A DNA stretch of 64,000 nucleotides from Auanema rhodensis. Its lineage: Eukaryota; Animalia; Nematoda. A model generated the notes under the pieces. It was not told where the DNA came from and made no database searches. It saw only the letters and a list, made by a program, of their open reading frames with translations. The number at the start of each line of letters is the position of its first letter. The stretch's first letter is position 1. This document shows positions 26,101 through 41,100 of this stretch, piece after piece. The DNA is taken from contig OZ059897.1 in NCBI GenBank assembly GCA_964057225.1, positions 3,162,001 to 3,226,000 of the forward strand. Direction: 5' to 3'. A program made the position numbers and the translations under genes.

Positions 26101-29100
26101 GCGTCGATCTGTGTTATCAGATTTGAGTTAGCTTAAAAATGCACCGAGATATCAACTGATATATGTTCACACTTATATCCTCGACTTTCACCCTGAAGAA
26201 ATGATTTTTTCGTTGAATACCATTGTCCATCGTCTTCGTCTTGGAAAAAGGAATCTAAAAACATCTACTTTTTGTGAAATTATTTAGAAATTTTTCGGGA
26301 AAATTTTTGTCAAAATGTTTTTGGAAGCAATGTTGAGTGTACATGGGAACTCAACATACACTAATGCATTATTTTTCAAACGATCATAACTTATTTTTGT
26401 ATAGAGCGTTTCTCAATGTAGTATAGTGCATTCGATGCGGATTTTTAAGCTGCGTCGATCTGTGTTATCAGATTTGAGTTAGCTTAAAAATGCACCGAGA
26501 TATCAACTGATATATGTTCACACTTATATCCTCGATTTTCACCCTGAAGAAATGATTTTTTCGTTGAATAACATTGTCCATCGTCTCTGTCTTGAAAAAA
26601 GGAATCTAAAAACATCTACTTTTTGTGAAATTATTTAGAAATTTTTCGGGAAAATTTTTGTCAAAATGTTTTTGGAAGCAATGTTGAGTGTACATGGGAA
26701 CTCAACATACACTAATGCATTATTTTTCAAACGATCATAACTAATTTTTGTATAGAGCGTTTCTCAATGTAGTATAGTGCATTCGATGCGGATTTTTAAG
26801 CTGCGTTGATCTGTATTATCAGATTTGAGTTAACTTAAAAATGCACCGAGATATCAACTGATATAGGTTCACACTTATATCCTCGATTTTCACCCTGAAG
26901 AAGTAGTTTTTTCGTTGAAAAACATTGTCCATCGTCTTCGTCATGAAAAAAGGAATCTAAAAACATCTACTTTTTAAGAAATTATATAGAAATTTTTCGG
27001 GAAAATTTTTGTCAAAATGTTTTTGGAAGCAATGTTGAGTGTACATGGGAACTCAACATACACTAATGCATTATTTTTCAAACGATCATAACTAATTTTT
27101 GTAAATAGCGTTTCTCAAGGTAGTATAGTGCATTCGATGCGGATTTTTAAGCTGCGTCGATCTGTGTTATCAGATTTGAGTTAGCTTAAAAATGCACCGA
27201 GATATCAACTGATATATGTTCACACTTATATCCTCGATTTTCACCCTGAAGAAATAGTTTTTTCGTTGAAAAACATTGTCCATCGTCTTCGTCATGAAAA
27301 AAGGAATCTAAAAACATCTACTTTTTAAGAAATTATATAGAAATTTTTCGGGAAAATTTTTGTCAAAATGTTTTTGGAAGCAATGTTGAGTGTACATGGG
27401 AACTCAACATACACTAATGCATTATTTTTCAAACGATCATAACTTATTTTTGTATAGAGCGTTTCTCAATGTAGTATAGTGCATTCGATGCGGATTTTTA
27501 AGCTGCGTCGATCTGTGTTATCAGATTTGAGTTAGCTTAAAAATGCACCGAGATATCAACTGATATATGTTCACACTTATATCCTCGATTTTCACCCTGA
27601 AGAAATGATTTTTTCGTTGAATAACATTGTCCATCGTCTTCGTCTTGAAAAAAGGAATCTAAAAACATCTACTTTTTGTGAAATTATTTAGAAATTTTTC
27701 GGGAAAATTTTTGTCAAAATGTTTTTGGAAGCAATGTTGAGTGTACATGGGAACTCAACATACACTAATGCATTATTTTTCAAACGATCATAACTAATTT
27801 TTGTAAATAGCGTTTCTCAAGGTAGTATAGTGCATTCGATGCGGATTTTTAAGCTGCGTCGATCTGTGTTATCAGATTTGAGTTAGCTTAAAAATGCACC
27901 GAGATATCAACTGATATATGTTCACACTTATATCCTCGACTTTCACCCTGAAGAAATGATTTTTTCGTTGAATAACATTGTCCATCGTCTTCGTCTTAAA
28001 AAAAGGAATCTAAAAACATCTACTTTTTGTGAAATTATTTAGAAATTTTTCGGGAAAATTTTTGTCAAAATGTTTTTGGAAGCAATGTTGAGTGTACATG
28101 GGAACTCAACATACACTAATGCATTATTTTTCAAACGATCATAACTTATTTTTGTATAGAGCGTTTCTCAATGTAGTATAGTGCATTCGATGCGGATTTT
28201 AAAGCTGCGTCGATCTGTGTTATCAGATTTGAGTTAGCTTAAAAATGCACCGAGATATCAACTGATATAGGTTCACACTTATATCCTCGATTTTCAAACT
28301 GAAGAATTGATTTTTTTGTTGAATAACATTGTCCATCGTCTTCGTCTTGAAAAAAGGAATCTAAAAACATCTACTTTTTGTGAAATTATTTAGAAATTTT
28401 TCGGGAAAATTTTTGTCAAAATGTTTTTGGAAGCAATGTTGAGTGTACATGGGAACTCAACATACACTAATGCATTATTTTTCAAACGATCATAACTTAT
28501 TTTTGTAAATAGCGTTTCTCAATGTAGTATAGTGCATTCGATGCGGATTTTTAAGCTGCGTCGATCTGTGTTATCAGATTTGAGTTAGCTTAAAAATGCA
28601 CCGAGATATCAACTGATATATGTTCACACTTATATCCTCGACTTTCACCCTGAAGAAATGATTTTTTCGTTGAATAACATTGTCCATCGTCTTCGTCTTA
28701 AAAAAAGGAATCTAAAAACATCTACTTTTTGTGAAATTATTTAGAAATTTTTCGGGAAAATTTTTGTCAAAATGTTTTTGGAAGCAATGTGGAGTGTACA
28801 TGGGAACTCAACATACACTAATGCATTATTTTTCAAACGATCATAACTAATTTTTGTATAGAGCGTTTCTCAATGTAGTATTGTGCATTCGATGCGGATT
28901 TTTAAGCTGCGTTGATCTGTGTTATCAGATTTGAGTTAACTTAAAAATGCACCGAGATATCAACTGATATAGGTTCACACTTATATCCTCGATTTTCAAA
29001 CTGAAGAATTGATTTTTTTGTTGAATAACATTGTCCATCGTCTTCGTCTTGAAAAAAGGAATCTAAAAACATCTACTTTTTGTGAAATTATCTAGAAATT

Positions 29101-32100
29101 TTTCGGGAAAATTTTTGTCAAAATGTTTTTGGAAGCAATGTTGAGTGTACATGGGAACTCAACATACACTAATGCATTATTTTTCAAACGATCATAACTT
29201 ATTTTTGTATAGAGCGTTTCTCAATGTAGTATAGTGCATTCGATGCGGATTTTTAAGCTGCGTCGATCTGTGTTATCAGATTTGAGTTAGCTTAAAAATG
29301 CACCGAGATATCAACTGATATATGTTCACACTTATATCCTCGATTTTCACCCTGAAGAAATGATTTTTTCGTTGAATAACATTGTCCATCGTCTTCGTCT
29401 TGAAAAAAGGAATCTAAAAACATCTACTTTTTGTGAAATTATTTAGAAATTTTTCGGGAAAATTTTTGTCAAAATGTTTTTGGAAGCAATGTTGAGTGTA
29501 CATGGGAACTCAACATACACTAATGCATTATTTTTCAAACGATCATAACTAATTTTTGTAAATAGCGTTTCTCAAGGTAGTATAGTGCATTCGATGCGGA
29601 TTTTTAAGCTGCGTCGATCTGTGTTATCAGATTTGAGTTAGCTTAAAAATGCACCGAGATATCAACTGATATATGTTCACACTTATATCCTCGACTTTCA
29701 CCCTGAAGAAATGATTTTTTCGTTGAATAACATCGTCCATCGTCTTCGTCTTAAAAAAAGGAATCTAAAAACATCTACTTTTTGTGAAATTATTTAGAAA
29801 TTTTTCGGGAAAATTTTTGTCAAAATGTTTTTGGAAGCAATGTTGAGTGTACATGGGAACTCAACATACACTAATGCATTATTTTTCAAACGATCATAAC
29901 TTATTTTTGTATAGAGCGTTTCTCAATGTAATATGGTGCATTCGATGCGGATTTTTAAGCTGCGTCGATCTGTGTTATCCGATTTGAGCTAGCTTAAAAA
30001 TGCACCGAGATATCAACTGATATATGTTCACACTTATATCCTCGATTTTCACCCTGAAGAAATGATTTTTTGGTTGAAAAACATTGTCCATCGTCTTCGT
30101 CTTGAAAAAAGGAATCTAAAAACATCTACTTTTTGTGAAATTATTTAGAAATTTTTCAGGAAAATTTTTGTCAAAATGTTTTTGGAAGCAATGTTGAGTG
30201 TACATGGGAACTCAACATACACTAATGCATTATTTTTCAAACGATCATAACTATTTTCTGTAAATAGCGTTTCTCAATGTAGTATAGTGCATTCGATGCG
30301 GATTTTTAAATTGCGTTGATCTGTGTTATCAGATTTGAGTTAGCTTAAAAATGCACCGAGATATCAACTGATATAGGTTCACACTTATATCCTCGATTTT
30401 CACCCTGAAGAAGTAGTTTTTTCGTTGAAAAACATTGTCCATCGTCTTCGTCATGAAAAAAGGAATCTAAAAACATCTACTTTTTAAGAAATTATATAGA
30501 AATTTTTCGGGAAAATTTTTGTCAAAATGTTTTTGGAAGCAATGTTGAGTGTACATGGGAACTCAACATACACTAATGCATTATTTTTCAAACGATCATA
30601 ACTTATTTTTGTATAGAGCGTTTCTCAATGTAGTATAGTGCATTCGATGCGGATTTTTAAGCTGCGTCGATCTGTGTTATCAGATTTGAGTTAGCTTAAA
30701 AATGCACCGAGATATCAACTGATATATGTTCACACTTATATCCTCGATTTTCACCCTGAAGAAATGATTTTTTCGTTGAATAACATTGTCCATCGTCTTC
30801 GTCTTGAAAAAAGGAATCTAAAAACATCTACTTTTTGTGAAATTATTTAGAAATTTTTCGGGAAAATTTTTGTCAAAATGTTTTTGGAAGCAATGTTGAG
30901 TGTACATGGGAACTCAACATACACTAATGCATTATTTTTCAAACGATCATAACTAATTTTTGTATAGAGCGTTTCTCAATGTAGTATAGTGCATTCGATG
31001 CGGATTTTTAAGCTGCGTTGATCTGTGTTATCAGATTTGAGTTAACTTAAAAATGCACCGAGATATCAACTGATATAGGTTCACACTTATATCCTCGATT
31101 TTCACCCTGAAGAAGTAGTTTTTTCGTTGAAAAACATTGTCCATCGTCTTCGTCATGAAAAAAGGAATCTAAAAACATCTACTTTTTAAGAAATTATATA
31201 GAAATTTTTCGGGAAAATTTTTGTCAAAATGTTTTTGGAAGCAATGTTGAGTGTACATGGGAACTCAACATACACTAATGCATTATTTTTCAAACGATCA
31301 TAACTTATTTTTGTATAGAGCGTTTCTCAATGTAGTATAGTGCATTCGATGCGGATTTTTAAGCTGCGTCGATCTGTGTTATCAGATTTGAGTTAGCTTA
31401 AAAATGCACCGAGATATCAACTGATATATGTTCACACTTATATCCTCGATTTTCACCCTGAAGAAATGATTTTTTCGTTGAATAACATTGTCCATCGTCT
31501 TCGTCTTGAAAAAAGGAATCTAAAAACATCTACTTTTTGTGAAATTATTTAGAAATTTTTCGGGAAAATTTTTGTCAAAATGTTTTTGGAAGCAATGTTG
31601 AGTGTACATGGGAACTCAACATACACTAATGCATTATTTTTCAAACGATCATAACTAATTTTTGTAAATAGCGTTTCTCAAGGTAGTATAGTGCATTCGA
31701 TGCGGATTTTTAAGCTGCGTCGATCTGTGTTATCAGATTTGAGTTAGCTTAAAAATGCACCGAGATATCAACTGATATATGTTCACACTTATATCCTCGA
31801 CTTTCACCCTGAAGAAATGATTTTTTCGTTGAATAACATTGTCCATCGTCTTCGTCTTAAAAAAAGGAATCTAAAAACATCTACTTTTTGTGAAATTATT
31901 TAGAAATTTTTCGGGAAAATTTTTGTCAAAATGTTTTTGGAAGCAATGTTGAGTGTACATGGGAACTCAACATACACTAATGCATTATTTTTCAAACGAT
32001 CATAACTTATTTTTGTATAGAGCGTTTCTCAATGTAGTATAGTGCATTCGATGCGGATTTTTAAGCTGCGTCGATCTGTGTTATCAGATTTGAGTTAGCT

Positions 32101-35100
32101 TAAAAATGCACCGAGATATCAACTGATATATGTTCACACTTATATCCTCGATTTTCACCCTGAAGAAATGATTTTTTCGTTGAATAACATTGTCCATCGT
32201 CTTCGTCTTGAAAAAAGGAATCTAAAAACATCTACTTTTTGTGAAATTATTTAGAAATTTTTCGGGAAAATTTTTGTCAAAATGTTTTTGGAAGCAATGT
32301 TGAGTGTACATGGGAACTCAACATACACTAATGCATTATTTTTCAAACGATCATAACTAATTTTTGTATAGAGCGTTTCTCAATGTAGTATTGTGCATTC
32401 GATGCGGATTTTTAAGCTGCGTTGATCTGTGTTATCAGATTTGAGTTAGCTTAAAAATGCACCGAGATATCAACTGATATATGTTCACACTTATATCCTC
32501 GATTTTCACCCTGAAGAAATGATTTTTTCGTTGAATAACATTGTCCATCGTATTCGTCTTGAAAAAAGGAATCTAAAAACATCTACTTTTTGTGAAATTA
32601 TTTAGAAATTTTTCGGGAAAATTTTTGTCAAAATGTTTTTGGAAGCAATGTTGAGTGTACATGGGAACTCAACATACACTAATGCATTATTTTTCAAACG
32701 ATCATAACTAATTTTTGTAAATAGCGTTTCTCAAGGTAGTATAGTGCATTCGATGCGGATTTTTAAGCTGCGTCGATCTGTGTTATCAGATTTGAGTTAG
32801 CTTAAAAATGCACCGAGATATCAACTGATATATGTTCACACTTATATCCTCGACTTTCACCCTGAAGAAATGATTTTTTCGTTGAATAACATTGTCCATC
32901 GTCTTCGTCTTAAAAAAAGGAATCTAAAAACATCTACTTTTTGTGAAATTATTTAGAAATTTTTCGGGAAAATTTTTGTCAAAATGTTTTTGGAAGCAAT
33001 GTTGAGTGTACATGGGAACTCAACATACACTAATGCATTATTTTTCAAACGATCATAACTTATTTTTGTATAGAGCGTTTCTCAATGTAGTATAGTGCAT
33101 TCGATGCGGATTTTTAAGCTGCGTCGATCTGTGTTATCAGATTTGAGTTAGCTTAAAAATGCACCGAGATATCAACTGATATATGTTCACACTTATATCC
33201 TCGATTTTCACCCTGAAGAAATGATTTTTTCGTTGAATAACATTGTCCATCGTCTTCGTCTTGAAAAAAGGAATCTAAAAACATCTACTTTTTGTGAAAT
33301 TATTTAGAAATTTTTCGGGAAAATTTTTGTCAAAATGTTTTTGGAAGCAATGTTGAGTGTACATGGGAACTCAACATACACTAATGCATTATTTTTCAAA
33401 CGATCATAACTAATTTTTGTATAGAGCGTTTCTCAATGTAGTATTGTGCATTCGATGCGGATTTTTAAGCTGCTTTGATCTGTGTTATCAGATTTGAGTT
33501 AACTTAAAAATGCACCGAGATATCAACTGATATAGGTTCACACTTATATCCTCGATTTTCAAACTGAAGAATTGATTTTTTTGTTGAATAACATTGTCCA
33601 TCGTCTTCGTCTTGAAAAAAGGAATCTAAAAACATCTACTTTTTGTGAAATTATCTAGAAATTTTTCGGGAAAATTTTTGTCAAAATGTTTTTGGAAGCA
33701 ATGTTGAGTGTACATGGGAACTCAACATACACTAATGCATTATTTTTCAAACGATCATAACTATTTTCTGTAAATAGCGTTTCTCAATGTAGTATAGTGC
33801 ATTCGATGCGGATTTTTAAGTTGCGTTGATCTGTGTTATCAGATTTGAGTTAGCTTAAAAATGCACCGAGATATCAACTGATTTATGTTCACACTTATAT
33901 CCTCGATTTTCACCCTGAAGAAATGATTTTTTCGTTGAAAAACATTGTCCATCGTCTTCGTCATGAAAAAAGAAATCTAAAAACATCTACTTTTTGTGAA
34001 ATTATTTAGAAATTTTTCGGGAAAATTTTTGTCAAAATGTTTTTGGAAGCAATGTTGAGTGTACATGGGAACTCAACATACACTAATGCATTATTTTTCA
34101 AACGATCATAACTATTTTCTGTAAATAGCGTTTCTCAATGTAGTATAGTGCATTCGATGCGGATTTTTAAGTTGCGTTGATCTGTGTTATCAGATTTGAG
34201 TTAGCTTAAAAATGCACCGAGATATCAACTGATATAGGTTCACACTTATATCCTCGATTTTCACCCTGAAGAAGTAGTTTTTTCGTTGAAAAACATTGTC
34301 CATCGTCTTCGTCATGAAAAAAGGAATCTAAAAACATCTACTTTTTAAGAAATTATATAGAAATTTTTCGGGAAAATTTTTGTCAAAATGTTTTTGGAAG
34401 CAATGTTGAGTGTACATGGGAACTCAACATACACTAATGCATTATTTTTCAAACGATCATAACTTATTTTTGTATAGAGCGTTTCTCAATGTAGTATAGT
34501 GCATTCGATGCGGATTTTTAAGCTGCGTCGATCTGTGTTATCAGATTTGAGTTAGCTTAAAAATGCACCGAGATATCAACTGATATATGTTCACACTTAT
34601 ATCCTCGATTTTCACCCTGAAGAAATGATTTTTTCGTTGAATAACATTGTCCATCGTCTTCGTCTTGAAAAAAGGAATCTAAAAACATCTACTTTTTGTG
34701 AAATTATTTAGAAATTTTTCGGGAAAATTTTTGTCAAAATGTTTTTGGAAGCAATGTTGAGTGTACATGGGAACTCAACATACACTAATGCATTATTTTT
34801 CAAACGATCATAACTAATTTTTGTAAATAGCGTTTCTCAAGGTAGTATAGTGCATTCGATGCGGATTTTTAAGCTGCGTCGATCTGTGTTATCAGATTTG
34901 AGTTAGCTTAAAAATGCACCGAGATATCAACTGATATATGTTCACACTTATATCCTCGACTTTCACCCTGAAGAAATGATTTTTTCGTTGAATAACATTG
35001 TCCATCGTCTTCGTCTTAAAAAAAGGAATCTAAAAACATCTACTTTTTGTGAAATTATTTAGAAATTTTTCGGGAAAATTTTTGTCAAAATGTTTTTGGA

Positions 35101-38100
35101 AGCAATGTTGAGTGTACATGGGAACTCAACATACACTAATGCATTATTTTTCAAACGATCATAACTTATTTTTGTATAGAGCGTTTCTCAATGTAGTATA
35201 GTGCATTCGATGCGGATTTTTAAGCTGCGTCGATCTGTGTTATCAGATTTGAGTTAGCTTAAAAATGCACCGAGATATCAACTGATATATGTTCACACTT
35301 ATATCCTCGATTTTCACCCTGAAGAAATGATTTTTTCGTTGAATAACATTGTCCATCGTCTTCGTCTTGAAAAAAGGAATCTAAAAACATCTACTTTTTG
35401 TGAAATTATTTAGAAATTTTTCGGGAAAATTTTTGTCAAAATGTTTTTGGAAGCAATGTTGAGTGTACATGGGAACTCAACATACACTAATGCATTATTT
35501 TTCAAACGATCATAACTAATTTTTGTATAGAGCGTTTCTCAATGTAGTATTGTGCATTCGATGCGGATTTTTAAGCTGCGTTGATCTGTGTTATCAGATT
35601 TGAGTTAACTTAAAAATGCACCGAGATATCAACTGATATAGGTTCACACTTATATCCTCGATTTTCAAACTGAAGAATTGATTTTTTTGTTGAATAACAT
35701 TGTCCATCGTCTTCGTCTTGAAAAAAGGAATCTAAAAACATCTACTTTTTGTGAAATTATCTAGAAATTTTTCGGGAAAATTTTTGTCAAAATGTTTTTG
35801 GAAGCAATGTTGAGTGTACATGGGAACTCAACATACACTAATGCATTATTTTTCAAACGATCATAACTATTTTCTGTAAATAGCGTTTCTCAATGTAGTA
35901 TAGTGCATTCGATGCGGATTTTTAAGTTGCGTTGATCTGTGTTATCTGATTTGAGTTAGCTTAAAAATGCACCGAGATATCAACTGATTTATGTTCACAC
36001 TTACATCCTCGATTTTCACCCTGAAGAAATGATTTTTTCGTTGAATAACATTGTCCATCGTCTTCGTCTTGAAAAAAGGAATCTAAAAACATCTACTTTT
36101 TGTGAAATTATTTAGAAATTTTTCGGGAAAATTTTTGTCAAAATGTTTTTGGAAGCAATGTTGAGTGTACATGGGAACTCAACATACACTAATGCATTAT
36201 TTTTCAAACGATCATAACTTATTTTTGTAAATAGCGTTTCTCAATGTAGTATAGTGCATTCGATGCGGATTTTTAAGCTGCGTCGATCTGTGTTATCAGA
36301 TTTGAGTTAGCTTAAAAATGCACCGAGATATCAACTGATATATGTTCACACTTATATCCTCGACTTTCACCCTGAAGAAATGATTTTTTCGTTGAATAAC
36401 ATTGTCCATCGTCTTCGTCTTAAAAAAAGGAATCTAAAAACATCTACTTTTTGTGAAATTATTTAGAAATTTTTCGGGAAAATTTTTGTCAAAATGTTTT
36501 TGGAAGCAATGTTGAGTGTACATGGGAACTCAACATACACTAATGCATTATTTTTCAAACGATCATAACTAATTTTTGTATAGAGCGTTTCTCAATGTAG
36601 TATTGTGCATTCGATGCGGATTTTTAAGCTGCGTTGATCTGTGTTATCAGATTTGAGTTAACTTAAAAATGCACCGAGATATCAACTGATATAGGTTCAC
36701 ACTTATATCCTCGATTTTCACCCTGAAGAAATGATTTTTTCGTTGAAAAACATTGTCCATCGTCTTCGTCTTGAAAAAAGGAATCTAAAAACATCTACTT
36801 TTTGTGAAATTATTTAGAAATTTTTCGGGAAAATTTTTGTCAAAATGTTTTTGGAAGCAATGTTGAGTGTACATGGGAACTCAACATACACTAATGCATT
36901 ATTTTTCAAACGATCATAACTAATTTTTGTATAGAGCGTTTCTCAATGTAGTATTGTGCATTCGATGCGGATTTTTAAGCTGCGTTGATCTGTGTTATCA
37001 GATTTGAGTTAACTTAAAAATGCACCGAGATATCAACTGATATAGGTTCACACTTATATCCTCGATTTTCAAACTGAAGAATTGATTTTTTTGTTGAATA
37101 ACATTGTCCATCGTCTTCGTCTTGAAAAAAGGAATCTAAAAACATCTACTTTTTGTGAAATTATCTAGAAATTTTTCGGGAAAATTTTTGTCAAAATGTT
37201 TTTGGAAGCAATGTTGAGTGTACATGGGAACTCAACATACACTAATGCATTATTTTTCAAACGATCATAACTATTTTCTGTAAATAGCGTTTCTCAATGT
37301 AGTATAGTGCATTCGATGCGGATTTTTAAGTTGCGTTGATCTGTGTTATCAGATTTGAGTTAGCTTAAAAATGCACCGAGATATCAACTGATTTATGTTC
37401 ACACTTACATCCTCGATTTTCACCCTGAAGAAATGATTTTTTCGTTGAATAACATTGTCCATCGTCTTCGTCTTGAAAAAAGGAATCTAAAAACATCTAC
37501 TTTTTGTGAAATTATTTAGAAATTTTTCGGGAAAATTTTTGTCAAAATGTTTTTGGAAGCAATGTTGAGTGTACATGGGAACTCAACATACACTAATGCA
37601 TTATTTTTCAAACGATCATAACTTATTTTTGTAAATAGCGTTTCTCAATGTAGTATAGTGCATTCGATGCGGATTTTTAAGCTGCGTCGATCTGTGTTAT
37701 CAGATTTGAGTTAGCTTAAAAATGCACCGAGATATCAACTGATATATGTTCACACTTATATCCTCGACTTTCACCCTGAAGAAATGATTTTTTCGTTGAA
37801 TAACATTGTCCATCGTCTTCGTCTTAAAAAAAGGAATCTAAAAACATCTACTTTTTGTGAAATTATTTAGAAATTTTTCGGGAAAATTTTTGTCAAAATG
37901 TTTTTGGAAGCAATGTTGAGTGTACATGGGAACTCAACATACACTAATGCATTATTTTTCAAACGATCATAACTAATTTTTGTATAGAGCGTTTCTCAAT
38001 GTAGTATTGTGCATTCGATGCGGATTTTTAAGCTGCGTTGATCTGTGTTATCAGATTTGAGTTAACTTAAAAATGCACCGAGATATCAACTGATATAGGT

Positions 38101-41100
38101 TCACACTTATATCCTCGATTTTCAAACTGAAGAATTGATTTTTTTGTTGAATAACATTGTCCATCGTCTTCGTCTTGAAAAAAGGAATCTAAAAACATCT
38201 ACTTTTTGTGAAATTATCTAGAAATTTTTCGGGAAAATTTTTGTCAAAATGTTTTTGGAAGCAATGTTGAGTGTACATGGGAACTCAACATACACTAATG
38301 CATTATTTTTCAAACGATCATAACTATTTTCTGTAAATAGCGTTTCTCAATGTAGTATAGTGCATTCGATGCGGATTTTTAAGTTGCGTTGATCTGTGTT
38401 ATCAGATTTGAGTTAGCTTAAAAATGCACCGAGATATCAACTGATTTATGTTCACACTTATATCCTCGATTTTCACCCTGAAGAAATGATTTTTTCGTTG
38501 AATAACATTGTCCATCGTCTTCGTCTTGAAAAAAGGAATCTAAAAACATCTACTTTTTGTGAAATTATTTAGAAATTTTTCGGGAAAATTTTTGTCAAAA
38601 TGTTTTTGGAAGCAATGTTGAGTGTACATGGGAACTCAACATACACTAATGCATTATTTTTCAAACGATCATAACTAATTTCTGTAAATAGCGTTTTTCA
38701 ATGTAGTATAGTGCATTCGATGCGGATTTTTAAGCTGCGTCGATCTGTGTTATCAGATTTGAGTTAGCTTAAAAATGCACCGAGATATCAACTGATATAT
38801 GTTCACACTTATATCCTCGATTTTCACCCTGAAGAAATAGTTTTTTCGTTGAAAAACATTGTCCATCGTCTTTGCCTTGGAAAAAGGAATCTAAAAACAT
38901 CTACTTTTTGTGCAATTATTTAGAAATTTTTCGGGAAAATTTTTGTCAAAATGTTTTTGGAAGCAATGTTGAGTGTACATGGGAACTCAACATACACTAA
39001 TGCATTATTTTTCAAACGATCATAACTAATTTCTGTAAATAGCGTTTCTCAATGTAGTATAGTGCATTCGATGCGGATTTTTAAGCTGCGTCGATCTGTG
39101 TTATCAGATTTGAGTTAGCTTAAAAATGCACCGAGATATCAACTGATATATGTTCACACTTATATCCTCGATTTTCACCCTGAAGAAATGATTTTTTCGT
39201 TGAATAACATTGTCCATCGTCTCTGTCTTGAAAAAAGGAATCTAAAAACATCTACTTTTTGTGAAATTATTTAGAAATTTTTCGGGAAAATTTTTGTCAA
39301 AATGTTTTTGGAAGCAATGTTGAGTGTACATGGGAACTCAACATACACTAATGCATTATTTTTCAAACGATCATAACTAATTTTTGTATAGAGCGTTTCT
39401 CAATGTAGTATTGTGCATTCGATGCGGATTTTTAAGCTGCGTTGATCTGTGTTATCAGATTTGAGTTAACTTAAAAATGCACCGAGATATCAACTGATAT
39501 AGGTTCACACTTATATCCTCGATTTTCAAACTGAAGAATTGATTTTTTTGTTGAATAACATTGTCCATCGTCTTCGTCTTGAAAAAAGGAATCTAAAAAC
39601 ATCTACTTTTTGTGAAATTATCTAGAAATTTTTCGGGAAAATTTTTGTCAAAATGTTTTTGGAAGCAATGTTGAGTGTACATGGGAACTCAACATACACT
39701 AATGCATTATTTTTCAAACGATCATAACTATTTTCTGTAAATAGCGTTTCTCAATGTAGTATAGTGCATTCGATGCGGATTTTTAAGTTGCGTTGATCTG
39801 TGTTATCAGATTTGAGTTAGCTTAAAAATGCACCGAGATATCAACTGATATATGTTCACACTTATATCCTCGACTTTCACCCTGAAGAAATGATTTTTTC
39901 GTTGAATAACATTGTCCATCGTCTTCGTCTTAAAAAAAGGAATCTAAAAACATCTACTTTTTGTGAAATTATTTAGAAATTTTTCGGGAAAACTTTTGTC
40001 AAAATGTTTTTGGAAGCAATGTTGAGTGTACATGGGAACTCAACATACACTAATGCATTATTTTTCAAACGATCATAACTAATTTTTGTATAGAGCGTTT
40101 CTCAATGTAGTATTGTGCATTCGATGCGGATTTTTAAGCTGCGTTGATCTGTGTTATCAGATTTGAGTTAACTTAAAAATGCACCGAGATATCAACTGAT
40201 ATAGGTTCACACTTATATCCTCGATTTTCAAACTGAAGAATTGATTTTTTTGTTGAATAACATTGTCCATCGTCTTCGTCTTGAAAAAAGGAATCTAAAA
40301 ACATCTACTTTTTGTGAAATTATCTAGAAATTTTTCGGGAAAATTTTTGTCAAAATGTTTTTGGAAGCAATGTTGAGTGTACATGGGAACTCAACATACA
40401 CTAATGCATTATTTTTCAAACGATCATAACTATTTTCTGTAAATAGCGTTTCTCAATGTAGTATAGTGCATTCGATGCGGATTTTTAAGTTGCGTTGATC
40501 TGTGTTATCAGATTTGAGTTAGCTTAAAAATGCACCGAGATATCAACTGATATAGGTTCACACTTATATCCTCGATTTTCACCCTGAAGAAGTAGTTTTT
40601 TCGTTGAAAAACATTGTCCATCGTCTTCGTCATGAAAAAAGGAATCTAAAAACATCTACTTTTTAAGAAATTATATAGAAATTTTTCGGGAAAATTTTTG
40701 TCAAAATGTTTTTGGAAGCAATGTTGAGTGTACATGGGAACTCAACATACACTAATGCATTATTTTTCAAACGATCATAACTTATTTTTGTATAGAGCGT
40801 TTCTCAATGTAGTATAGTGCATTCGATGCGGATTTTTAAGCTGCGTCGATCTGTGTTATCAGATTTGAGTTAGCTTAAAAATGCACCGAGATATCAACTG
40901 ATATATGTTCACACTTATATCCTCGATTTTCACCCTGAAGAAATGATTTTTTCGTTGAATAACATTGTCCATCGTCTTCGTCTTGAAAAAAGGAATCTAA
41001 AAACATCTATTTTTTGTGAAATTATTTAGAAATTTTTCGGGAAAATTTTTGTCAAAATGTTTTTGGAAGCAATGTTGAGTGTACATGGGAACTCAACATA

